Positions 44,184 to 52,928 of a stretch of DNA of 64,000 bases are shown here, in pieces (the first letter of the stretch is position 1; every line of letters begins with the position of its first letter). Location: the NCBI GenBank assembly GCA_965232515.1, contig CBDDPY010000002.1, positions 1,600,001-1,664,000 of the forward strand. Reading direction: 5' to 3'. The translations under genes and the position numbers were made by a program. The notes under the pieces were generated by a model. That model was given only the letters and a program-made list of their open reading frames with translations. It did not search any database and was not told the origin of the DNA. Source of the DNA: Alphaproteobacteria bacterium. GTDB taxonomy: Bacteria; Pseudomonadota; Alphaproteobacteria; GCA-2731375.

Positions 44184-45041
44184 ATGGCCGATGCACCTCC
44201 ATTCAATTTCCTCCGGCGACCGCCACAGGCGGCGTTGGCAGGCTTTGTCGACGCCATCTGGTGCGCGACCGGCCGCGTGCCTTATCGCGCAGAACGCATT
44301 CTGCCGAACGGCAAGCCAGTGCTGATCTTCAACCTTGGCGCCCCGTTTCGGATGACGGACGGGACCTGCAGCGCGCCACCAGAGATCCATCGCGACGCCT
44401 GGCTGTGTGGCAACAGGGCCCGATTTCTAGTCAACGAGCCGCTGGCCGAAACCAATGTCATCGGCGTCACGTTCCGCAGCCACGGGGCCGCGGCGTTGCT
44501 GGGCTTGTCGATGCGGGAGATCAGCGGCCGGATGATCGAGGCCGAGGCGGTGCTCGGCGGCAGGCTCGCCGAGGTTCGCGAGCGCCTGTCCGATGCCGTC
44601 GGATCGGATGCGAAGATTGCCGTCGTCGAATCCTTGCTCCTGCGGCTCCGGACGGCGGCGACGCCGCCGCCCCGGATGATCCAATGGGCGACCAGGCGGC
44701 TTGCCGCTGCCGATCCGCCGTCGATTTCGGCCTTGAGCGCCGAGCTCGATGTGAGCCAGAAGCACCTGATCGACCGGTTTCATCATCATGTCGGCCTCGC
44801 CCCAAAGACGCTGCTGCGGATTCATCGCTTCGAACGGGCGCTTGCCGCGTTGAACCGGCCGGGACCGGTCCGCCTGGAGCAAATCGCGCTGGTCTGCGGC
44901 TACTACGACCAGGCGCATTTCAATCGCGACTTCGCCGACTTCAGCGGCATCAATCCGACGGCTTATGCGACGACACGGGCGGCGTTCTTTGCCGACCCAC
45001 ATCAGGCGGACGATACCGGCCTGTTCGTGCCCCTCGATTAA
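44184..45041 (+). CDS. AraC-family regulator (DUF6597-type N-terminal domain)
   Basis: ERILPNG, R.F...VGL.PK...RI.RF and GYYDQAHF.RDF..FSG..P. Confidence 0.9.
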   Translation: MADAPPFNFLRRPPQAALAGFVDAIWCATGRVPYRAERILPNGKPVLIFNLGAPFRMTDGTCSAPPEIHRDAWLCGNRARFLVNEPLAETNVIGVTFRSHGAAALLGLSMREISGRMIEAEAVLGGRLAEVRERLSDAVGSDAKIAVVESLLLRLRTAATPPPRMIQWATRRLAAADPPSISALSAELDVSQKHLIDRFHHHVGLAPKTLLRIHRFERALAALNRPGPVRLEQIALVCGYYDQAHFNRDFADFSGINPTAYATTRAAFFADPHQADDTGLFVPLD

Positions 45042-45129
45042 ACGTCGCGCGAGGTAAAATTCGTCCAAGACGGCGATAACGGTCGTCGCTAGCGTGTCCG
45101 GCATCGGCAACGGACATGGGAGGCGCGGC

Positions 45130-45573
45130 ATGGCGCGGGGATTTCGGGCAACGACGAAGATCGACAGACAACAGTCGGATGTCTGGTCCTTCATGACCGA
45201 TCTCGCCAACGCGCCGTCCTGGATGAAAGGCATCGAGCAGATCGCGCCACTCGCAGACGGCGCGATGCGCGCGGGCGTCCGGTTCCGCACGGTCTCGAAC
45301 GCCGGCGGCCGCGGCGTCGCGCGCGAAACCGAGCTGGCGGTCTGGGAGCCGATGACCCGCTTTGCGTTGAAGTCCGAACAGGGCGGAATCTCGGCCGTCT
45401 ATGAGTACCGCTGTACGGCCGAAGGTTGCGGCACCAAGGTCGATCTGCATGCCTGCTGCACGGCGCGGGGACCGGTGTGGCGGCTGCTGCATCCGCTGAT
45501 CGCCTACATGATGCGCCGGCATGACGGCGATCAGCTCGACCGCCTGCGGCGGGTGCTGGAGGCAGGGCGTTAG
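45130..45573 (+). CDS. SRPBCC (polyketide cyclase-like) family protein
   Basis: I.R....VW.F..D..N...W and C-terminal L..L..VLE; GGAGG RBS. Confidence 0.85.
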   Translation: MARGFRATTKIDRQQSDVWSFMTDLANAPSWMKGIEQIAPLADGAMRAGVRFRTVSNAGGRGVARETELAVWEPMTRFALKSEQGGISAVYEYRCTAEGCGTKVDLHACCTARGPVWRLLHPLIAYMMRRHDGDQLDRLRRVLEAGR

Positions 45574-45611
45574 CGGAGCGACGCGCGACCTTCCCCGAAT
45601 TCGCGCCGGGA

Positions 45612-46820
45612 TCAGACCTCGCGGCCGAGCAGTGCGTCGTCGAAAGGAAAATTCGACATCAGCTGCCAGCCGGTTTCGGTCACTTCGACCTGCTGTTCCA
45701 GCTTGACGCCCTCGGCGCCGTCGCGGCTGCCGATGAAGCTCTCGAAACTGAGCACCATGCCCGGCTCGACGACGCCGTCATAGCCGGCATCGGGATAGTC
45801 CCTGGCGTAGACGATCAGCGGGTACTCGCCGGTCATGCCGACGCCGTGGGCCAGCAGGTAGTAGCGGTGCAGCTCGTACTTCTCCGGGATCACCCAGCCG
45901 CGCTCCGACAGCTCACGGAAGCCGATGCCGGGCTTCAGCAAATCGAGGTTCGCGTGCACCTGTTCATAGGCGAGGCGATAGAGATTGCGCTGATCGGGCG
46001 TCGGCGCGGCGTCGCCGCAGAGCCAGGTGCGGCTGAAGTCGGCGTAGTAGCCGTGCTGGCCCAGCGTGTCGGTGTCGAGGCAAACCAGCTCTCCGGCCTG
46101 GATGACGCGGTCGCTCGACTCCTGGAACCAGGGATTGGTGCGTGGGCCGGAATTCAGCAGACGGGTTTCGACATAGTCACCGCCGGCGGCGATGACGTGC
46201 CGCCAGAGCTCTGACCAGACTTGATTTTCCGTGACGCCTGGTTCAATGGCATCGCGCAGCGCGGCAACGCCGGCTTCGACCACGGCCACGGAGGCGCGCA
46301 TCATGTCGATCTCGTGCGGCAGCTTGATGGCTCGCGCCCGCTCGACCGGCGCCTGCGCGTCGACGATCTCGTAGCCGCGCGCGGCCAGCGCCAGGGCGGC
46401 GTCGGCATTGAAGCGCTCGAGGCCGACGCGTTTGTTGCCGCCGGCATGCGTCCGGATCAGGTCGTCGATCTCGTCGGTCCAGGCACGCGTCGCATCGGCA
46501 AGGTTCTGCGCCGCCGCAACATAGGACACGGTCTTGGCGATGCGGATTTCGTCAACCGTCTCCAGGTCGGCGACGAGATGGGCGCAGCCCGCGAACTCGA
46601 ACAGCACGACAGGGCCGTCGGCGGCGATGAAAACGTACCGTGCCGGGTTGCGCGCTGTGTAGATCTGCATGTTGCGGGCGTCGGTGGCGTAACGGATGTT
46701 GACGGGATCGACCAGCACCAGGCTGCCGATGTCGCACGCCGTCATCTGCTGCCGCAGGCGCGCGAGACGGCCGCGGCGGACCTTGGAGATCTGCGCCGGG
46801 CCGAGACGTGCCGCGGTCAT
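45612..46820 (-). CDS. M24 metallopeptidase-fold protein, DMSP lyase DddP-like
   Basis: DP.NIRYATD..NMQ, ETRLL.SGPRTNPWFQE, DTD, D.SRTW, HGVG, E.Y/F and KLE.Q. Confidence 0.8.
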   Translation of the reverse strand: MTAARLGPAQISKVRRGRLARLRQQMTACDIGSLVLVDPVNIRYATDARNMQIYTARNPARYVFIAADGPVVLFEFAGCAHLVADLETVDEIRIAKTVSYVAAAQNLADATRAWTDEIDDLIRTHAGGNKRVGLERFNADAALALAARGYEIVDAQAPVERARAIKLPHEIDMMRASVAVVEAGVAALRDAIEPGVTENQVWSELWRHVIAAGGDYVETRLLNSGPRTNPWFQESSDRVIQAGELVCLDTDTLGQHGYYADFSRTWLCGDAAPTPDQRNLYRLAYEQVHANLDLLKPGIGFRELSERGWVIPEKYELHRYYLLAHGVGMTGEYPLIVYARDYPDAGYDGVVEPGMVLSFESFIGSRDGAEGVKLEQQVEVTETGWQLMSNFPFDDALLGREV

Positions 46821-46833
46821 GCCGGTCTCGCGG

Positions 46834-47859
46834 TCAGGCTGGCGGCGGCAAGACGCTGTCGGCGATGGCTTGTTCGCCGCGGTGGAGAAGCTCGCAGAAA
46901 CCGTCGCTGTCGATGTTGGAGCCGCAGATGATCAGGCCGACACGCTTGCCGCTGAGCCGCTCGCGCAGCGGGCCGAAGGCGCCGGCCACAGCGGCGGCGG
47001 CGGCCGGCTCGACGGCGAGCTTCATGTCGGCGAACAGCATGGCGATGCCGGCCGTCATCTCGTCGTCGCTGACCAGCACCACGTCATCGAAGTTCCGGCG
47101 GCAGGTCTCGAAGGCGTACGGCGTCGTCATCGGCGGCGCCAGGCTGTCGGCGATGGTCTCGACCTTCTCGAGCGTCTGCGGCGCGCCGGCCTCGATGCTG
47201 CGGCGCATGACGTTCGCGCCCTCGGGTTCGACGCCATAAACGGCACAGCCCGGATGGAGCAGCTTCGCGGCGCTGGCGACGCCGCTCGACAGCCCGCCGC
47301 CGCCGACGGCGACCACAACGGCGTCGAGTTCGCCCGCGTCCTCGAACAGTTCGAGCGAGACGCCGGCCGTCGCCAGCGTCACCGGCGGACCTTCGAAGGG
47401 GTGGATGAAGAAGCGGCCTTCAGTCTCCTCGAGCGCGTGCGCGCGGGCGAACGCCGTCGGCCCGTCCGGCTCGATCAGCACCTCGGCGCCGAAGGCCTCG
47501 GCCGCCGCGATACGGGCCGGGTTGGCGGACGCCAGCATCACCACCTTGGCCTCAGCGCCGACCACCGAAGCGGCGTAGGCCGACGCGATGGCATGGTTGC
47601 CGGCGCTGACCGCGGTGACGCCCGCCGGCCGGTCGGCCAGCAGCAGCCGATTCACAGCACCGCGCGCCTTGAAGGTGCCGGTGCGCTGGAACAGCTCGAG
47701 CTTGAGCACGACCCGGGCGTCGGCACCGAGATAGGACGCGACGCGACGGCCCGTCCAGTCGGCGACCGGTGTGCGCTCCGTGTAGGGCGCAAGCCGGGCA
47801 TGGGTCTCGCGCATGGCCGCCAGCGTTGGCGGTGTGTATTCGAACGCTGTCATGGGCAT
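46834..47859 (-). CDS. Serine/threonine dehydratase-family PLP enzyme (no ACT domain)
   Basis: KLELFQRTGTFKARG, SAGNHA, VGGGGL, VEPA and CGSNID. Confidence 0.92.
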   Translation of the reverse strand: MPMTAFEYTPPTLAAMRETHARLAPYTERTPVADWTGRRVASYLGADARVVLKLELFQRTGTFKARGAVNRLLLADRPAGVTAVSAGNHAIASAYAASVVGAEAKVVMLASANPARIAAAEAFGAEVLIEPDGPTAFARAHALEETEGRFFIHPFEGPPVTLATAGVSLELFEDAGELDAVVVAVGGGGLSSGVASAAKLLHPGCAVYGVEPEGANVMRRSIEAGAPQTLEKVETIADSLAPPMTTPYAFETCRRNFDDVVLVSDDEMTAGIAMLFADMKLAVEPAAAAAVAGAFGPLRERLSGKRVGLIICGSNIDSDGFCELLHRGEQAIADSVLPPPA

Positions 47860-47917
47860 GCACTTTCGGCCGCTTATCGGCGCGCCGTCAAGATGTCCGT
47901 CTACGGATCGACCCGCG

Positions 47918-48751
47918 TCAGGCCGGCTTGCGGCAGAGCACCTCGATGGGTTTCAGGCGGCCTTCGATGACATTGCTGGCGGAGTTGCGTTGCTTCTGTT
48001 GGTAGTCGTCGCCCATGATGATGTGCGCGCCCAGCTTCGGCGGACCTTTGCGGGCGATGCGTTCGCGCTGCGAGTCGTAGAAGGCGAGCATCTTCTCGGT
48101 GTTGTCCAGGCAGGACAGGATCTCGAAGCCGGTCGCCGATAGGCTGCGCACGGTCTCCTCAGCGGTCTCGAGATAGCTGTGCACGCCGTCTGACGACCAG
48201 GGCACGGGATAGGTGACGTTTGCGTCGGGCGTGGCCAACGCCATCTCGGAGAGCGCGAGGAAACCGCCGGGCCGGATCACGCGGAAGGCCTCGGCATGCT
48301 GACGCGTCCGGTCGGCGATATTCATGGACACGTTCTGGCAATAGGCGCCGTCGAAGCTCGCATCCGCGAAGGGCAGATCGAGCGCGCTGCCTTCGCGGAT
48401 CTCGACGCGGTCGGCCAGACCGGCGTTGCGCGTGAACCGCTGGCCGACCTCGCAGAATTCCGGCGTCAAGTCGATGCCGGTCACCCGGCAGCCGAACCGC
48501 TGGGCCATGTAGCGCGCCGGCCCGCCGATGCCGCAGCCGATGTCGAGGATGTGGTCGTCCTTGCCCACCGACAGCGCATCGGCCAGTTGTTCGGTCGCGG
48601 CCAGCCCGCGGGTGTGGAAGTGATCGATCGGCGTCAGGTCGTCCACGCTGGCCTGCTCGATATCGATGCCGGCCTCGGCCAACGCCGCGGCGATCTCCTG
48701 ATATAGGCTGCGACGGCCGTAGTGGGCCGCAACCGCATTGTCGGTGGTCAT
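47918..48751 (-). CDS. Class I SAM-dependent methyltransferase (sarcosine/dimethylglycine N-methyltransferase-like)
   Basis: D.FH.RG..AT, LDIGCGIGGPAR, GIDLT and LPF.D.SFD. Confidence 0.88.
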   Translation of the reverse strand: MTTDNAVAAHYGRRSLYQEIAAALAEAGIDIEQASVDDLTPIDHFHTRGLAATEQLADALSVGKDDHILDIGCGIGGPARYMAQRFGCRVTGIDLTPEFCEVGQRFTRNAGLADRVEIREGSALDLPFADASFDGAYCQNVSMNIADRTRQHAEAFRVIRPGGFLALSEMALATPDANVTYPVPWSSDGVHSYLETAEETVRSLSATGFEILSCLDNTEKMLAFYDSQRERIARKGPPKLGAHIIMGDDYQQKQRNSASNVIEGRLKPIEVLCRKPA

Positions 48752-48812
48752 GACGATAGACTCCGTTTCGCCGCATTCGAGGCGGCATGTTCCACCGGCC
48801 GCCGCATACGTA

Positions 48813-49577
48813 TCAAGTTCTCGATATGGAGATGCCGCCGTCCACCAGAAAGGCCGCGCCGGTGACGAAGCTGGCGGCGTCCGACGCCAGATGCAGCACC
48901 GAACGCGCGATCTCGTCGGGCGTCGCCGTGCGCTTGAGGGCATGCAGACCCTCGACGTAGGCCTGGATCTCCGGCGTGTTCGCGACGGCACGGCCCATCG
49001 GCGTGTCGGTGCCGCCGGGCAGGATCGCGTTCACGCGAATGCCCTGCGCGCCATGCTCGGCGGCCAGCACCTGGGTCAATCCGATCACGCCCGCCTTGCT
49101 GGCCGCATAGGCGGCCATGCCCGGCATGCCGACGGTGTGGCCGACGAAGGTCGAGGTGAAGATGAGCGAGCCGCCGCCGCGCGCGATCATCGCCGGGATC
49201 TGCCGCCGGGCGCCGAGAAACGCGCTGGTCAGGTTGGTTTCGAGCGTGTCGCGCCAGCCCGCCGGCGACACGTCCATCACCGGCGCCATTTCGCCGAGCG
49301 TCCCGGCGTTGTTGAAGGCGATGTCCAGGCCGCCGAATTCACGCTCCGCCAAATCAACCAGCGCCTCCGCGCAGGCCTGGTCCCGATTGTCGCCGGCGTG
49401 CGCGACCGCGGCACCACCGTCGGCGACGATCTCCGATACCAGCGTATCCAAGACCTGCCTGCGGCGGGCGGACACGACGACCTTCGCGCCTTCGCTGGCG
49501 AACAGCTTCGCCGTCGCCCAGCCGATGCCGGAACTGGCGCCGGTGACGATGGCCACCTTGTCATGCAACATGTTCAT
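48813..49577 (-). CDS. Short-chain dehydrogenase/reductase
   Basis: TGASSGIG, NNAG and YAASK. Confidence 0.93.
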   Translation of the reverse strand: MNMLHDKVAIVTGASSGIGWATAKLFASEGAKVVVSARRRQVLDTLVSEIVADGGAAVAHAGDNRDQACAEALVDLAEREFGGLDIAFNNAGTLGEMAPVMDVSPAGWRDTLETNLTSAFLGARRQIPAMIARGGGSLIFTSTFVGHTVGMPGMAAYAASKAGVIGLTQVLAAEHGAQGIRVNAILPGGTDTPMGRAVANTPEIQAYVEGLHALKRTATPDEIARSVLHLASDAASFVTGAAFLVDGGISISRT

Positions 49578-49676
49578 GCTCTGCTCCTGCAAACCGTTGT
49601 CGCCGTGATGGCGTTCGGCGGCAACATTTGCCGGAGCCTGGAAATCGCGGCCACCCGGATCTTGCGCGCGGCACTG

Positions 49677-50072
49677 CTATCGCATCGCCAGGGCCTCGAT
49701 TTCGATCAGCAGCTCGGGAAACGCCAGCCGCGACACGCCGAGCAGCGTCGAGGCCGGCCTGCAACCTGCGGCGCTGAGCCGCGCCATCAGCGGTTCCGAC
49801 TCGGCGAGGAAGCGGTCGACGTCGAGCGTGTAGTAGCGGATCTGCACGATGTCGGCGACGGACCAGCCGGCCTCGCTCAGCACGGTTTCGACGTTGTCGA
49901 AGGCCAGCGCGATCTGGGCGCCCATGTCGTCGGGATGTTGGGGGACGCCGTCCGCATCGTTCGGAGTCTGGCCGGAACACACCAGCAGGCTTCGCGGACC
50001 GACGATCTCGTTCGCCTGTACGAAGCCGTAGCGGTCCTGCCACTGCCATGGATTGACGACAGTTTTGTGCAT
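49677..50072 (-). CDS. RidA/YjgF family protein
   Basis: VNPW.WQ..YGF.Q, CSGQT and PASTLLGV.RLA.PELLIEIEA. Confidence 0.9.
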   Translation of the reverse strand: MHKTVVNPWQWQDRYGFVQANEIVGPRSLLVCSGQTPNDADGVPQHPDDMGAQIALAFDNVETVLSEAGWSVADIVQIRYYTLDVDRFLAESEPLMARLSAAGCRPASTLLGVSRLAFPELLIEIEALAMR

Positions 50073-50300
50073 GGATTTCTCCCGTTGCGAGCGCGCCGGC
50101 AAATCCGGCGGCTGCAGGAGTAAAGACGGCGGACGGGTCGGCGCCGTGACATCGGCCATCGAGCCTTTGTCCGTTACGACAGCGACGGCTGGCCGGCAGG
50201 CCGATGAGCCCCTGAACGGGATCTGGCAACAGAACCTTGCGCCTGCTAGGTCTCTCCACGGTGCACGGCATGACAATGCAAGAAGGTTGAGGTCGGTCTG

Positions 50301-51431
50301 ATGTGGTCAACGCCTGGCTTTCGGGATGGCGGCGTGGCGGCGGCGCTTGTTTCGGCCCTCTTGTCGTTCGGGTTCTGGCTGCTGGTGATCGCGTTCGATT
50401 TCCATGAAGCGCCGGCCAACGCGCCCGAGGCGTACGTGACCTATTTCCAGCAGGTCAATTGGTGGCCGTACCCGTTCTTCTTTCTGGCCTTGGCGCCGGG
50501 CCTCTGGCTGACCTGGCGGCCGATGCTGCGTGCCTGGCGGCGGCTGGCCGACACCGGCGTTCTTCTCGGGTCCGATGGCGCGCCCGATGAGACCGCGATG
50601 CAGGCGATACTCGACGCGGTGCAACGGAAGCGCCGCGTTGCCGTCGTCGCGGCGCTCGCCGTCGCGGTGTTCGTCAATACAGCGGATTGGCTGCCGCGCT
50701 ACGGTGTCCATGTCGGCACCGCCGACTTCGACAAGCAGTTGGCCTACGCGTGCAAATTTCCCAGCCCGTCGGTGAAATGGATTTTCGAGGCACAGGCAAG
50801 CGCGGGTGAATCCGCCTGCGCCGGTCGAGTTGACGCACAGGCCAGCGACGCGCCACAACCGGGCATCGCGCCGCCGCCCGGCCAGATCGTGTTCAACGCC
50901 GTGCTGGTCTTGCAACAGTTCCTGATCGTGCTTTTCGCCGCGCTCGCCGTCGCGCAGGTGCTGCTGCACACGCTGCTGTTCGCGGTGTTCGAGCGGCTGG
51001 CGGTCGCGCGCGAAAACGGAATTCGACTACTGCTCAACGGCCGATCTCCGTTGAACGAATTCGGCCTGGAGCATTGGAACTACACCCTGAACAATTTCTA
51101 TTGGGCCGTCAGTCCCGCCATGCTGGCCGTGTTCCTGTCGCGGATTTCGACACCGCCCGAGGATTACCTGCCGGGTCAGGTGATGCTCGGTATCGCCGTG
51201 CCGGCCTGTCTGATCGCGCCCATGGTCGCCACGATCATCGTGCGCCAGGCCCGACTGCCGGCAGCGTGGAAGACGGTGCAGCCGCAGGGGCCAGTCGCGG
51301 CGGAGGACTTCCGGCGGCAACAGCTTTGGCCGCTCGATCGCAACTGGTCGTCCAAGCTCGGCATCTTGTTCGCCTTCGGGCTGGCGGCGCTGTCGCTCGG
51401 ATTCGAATTGAGCCAATTCACCGGTCTCTAG
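50301..51431 (+). CDS. Hypothetical integral membrane protein (about 7 TM)
   Basis: 376-aa ORF with several hydrophobic helices and host-like codon usage. Confidence 0.75.
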   Translation: MWSTPGFRDGGVAAALVSALLSFGFWLLVIAFDFHEAPANAPEAYVTYFQQVNWWPYPFFFLALAPGLWLTWRPMLRAWRRLADTGVLLGSDGAPDETAMQAILDAVQRKRRVAVVAALAVAVFVNTADWLPRYGVHVGTADFDKQLAYACKFPSPSVKWIFEAQASAGESACAGRVDAQASDAPQPGIAPPPGQIVFNAVLVLQQFLIVLFAALAVAQVLLHTLLFAVFERLAVARENGIRLLLNGRSPLNEFGLEHWNYTLNNFYWAVSPAMLAVFLSRISTPPEDYLPGQVMLGIAVPACLIAPMVATIIVRQARLPAAWKTVQPQGPVAAEDFRRQQLWPLDRNWSSKLGILFAFGLAALSLGFELSQFTGL

Positions 51432-51458
51432 ACCCGTGCCTCAATAGCCCGCCCTCTG

Positions 51459-51485
51459 TGTCACATTTGGGCGGGCGCCATCGTC
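51459..51485 (+). promoter_or_regulatory. ECF41-type sigma factor promoter
   Basis: TGTCACA-N16-CGTC exact consensus, upstream of a CMD/AhpD gene, the typical ECF41 target class. Confidence 0.8.
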
Positions 51486-51526
51486 TTCATGTCAGCAATC
51501 GCACATTTCCGACAAAGGAGACGACC

Positions 51527-51958
51527 ATGGCGGACGCCAATATCGTGAACTATGCCGAGCACGGCGGTGACCTGCTGTCGGCCCTCGAGGCCGTCGAGAA
51601 GGTGATCGGCGGGCGCGGCATCGAGCCGGGCCTGCATCATCTGATGCTGCTGCGCGCCTCGCAGATGAACAAATGCAGCTTCTGCGTAAAGATGCACGCG
51701 CGCGACGCCCGCAAGGCCGGCGAGACCGACCACCGGCTCGACCACCTGATCGTCTGGCGGCAGGTCACGGACTTCACGGCGCGAGAAAAGGCCGCCTTCG
51801 CCTGGACCGAAGCACTGACCGACCTGAAGGACGAGACCGACTATGGCCGACTGCGCGAGCAGTTGCGGGCGCACTTCACGGACGGGGAGATCACGACCCT
51901 GACCGCGATCGTGTCGATGATCAATCTCTGGAACCGCATCCAGATTTCCGCACACTGA
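51527..51958 (+). CDS. Carboxymuconolactone decarboxylase/AhpD family protein
   Basis: LRASQMNKCSFCVKMH (CxxC), F.AREKAA..W.E.LT and IN.WNRI. Confidence 0.92.
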   Translation: MADANIVNYAEHGGDLLSALEAVEKVIGGRGIEPGLHHLMLLRASQMNKCSFCVKMHARDARKAGETDHRLDHLIVWRQVTDFTAREKAAFAWTEALTDLKDETDYGRLREQLRAHFTDGEITTLTAIVSMINLWNRIQISAH

Positions 51959-52051
51959 TAACATGCCTTGGCGAGGCGGCGGCCGGGGTTGATCCGGCCG
52001 CCGCCGTCACCACGTCTGCGGAACGCGACGCGCGCAGACGGGGGAGACGAC

Positions 52052-52468
52052 ATGCCGAAGAAGCAAGCCCACTACACCGGCCAGTGTCTGTGCGGCGCCG
52101 TGCGCTATGAGGTGCGCGGGCCGTTGACCGAGCCGCATGCCTGCCATTGCGGACAGTGTCGCCGGCAGAGCGGTCATTTTGTCGTTGGCAGCGAGGCGAA
52201 CCGTACGGACCTCGCGCTGACAGAGGAACGTGGCCTCGCTTGGTACCGCTCGTCGGAATGGGCGCGCCGCGGCTTCTGCCGCGACTGCGGCTCAGTGCTG
52301 TTCTGGGACGACGGCGGCGAGCTCGTCGGCATTAATGTCGGCTGCCTCGATCAGCCGACCGGCCTAACGCTGGCGCGGCATATCTTCGTTGACGATAAGG
52401 CGGACTATTACGAGATCGACGACGACCTGCCGAAGTTCGCTGGGTCCAGCACCCCGATGCCGTCCTGA
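52052..52468 (+). CDS. GFA (glutathione-dependent formaldehyde-activating, CENP-V) family protein
   Basis: G.CLCGAVRY, CHCGQCRR and RGFC..CGS. Confidence 0.92.
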   Translation: MPKKQAHYTGQCLCGAVRYEVRGPLTEPHACHCGQCRRQSGHFVVGSEANRTDLALTEERGLAWYRSSEWARRGFCRDCGSVLFWDDGGELVGINVGCLDQPTGLTLARHIFVDDKADYYEIDDDLPKFAGSSTPMPS

Positions 52469-52484
52469 CCAGCCGGTAACAAAT

Positions 52485-52907
52485 TCACCCGCCGTCGGCG
52501 ACGCTGAAGGCGCCGCTGGCGCGGACGATGTTTCGGCCGTCGACGCTGAGATAGCAGTTGGCGAAGGCGAGCCGCCGGCCGATGCGTTTGCTGTCGCAGA
52601 CCGCCTCGATCCAGTCGCCCAAACGGCCGGCGCCGATGAAATCGACCGACAGGCTGGCGGTCAGCAAGCGCGCCGGCGGGTCCTGGCTCCAGGACATGGT
52701 CTTGCCGAGCACAATGTCGGCGAACGAGACCAGCAGCCCGCCATGCACGATGCCGCGACGGTTGCAGTGATAGTCCAGCACACGCAAGCCGAAGACCGGC
52801 CCCGCCGCGCCGTCCTTCTGGTAGAGCGGGCCGATGCGGTCGAGGAACGGGCTCGGCTCGTCATAAGCACGGTAGCCCGGCGGCAGATCGTCCGTGTCCG
52901 ATGTCAT
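52485..52907 (-). CDS. PaaI-family thioesterase
   Basis: HCN..G.VHGG....FAD hotdog motif. Confidence 0.9.
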   Translation of the reverse strand: MTSDTDDLPPGYRAYDEPSPFLDRIGPLYQKDGAAGPVFGLRVLDYHCNRRGIVHGGLLVSFADIVLGKTMSWSQDPPARLLTASLSVDFIGAGRLGDWIEAVCDSKRIGRRLAFANCYLSVDGRNIVRASGAFSVADGG

Positions 52908-52928
52908 CAGGCGTTTCCGCTCCCTGCC

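Noticed and set aside
50224-50240. Sigma54 promoter TGGCAACAGAACCTTGC
   Set aside because: GG-to-GC spacing is 2 nt too long for a -24/-12 promoter
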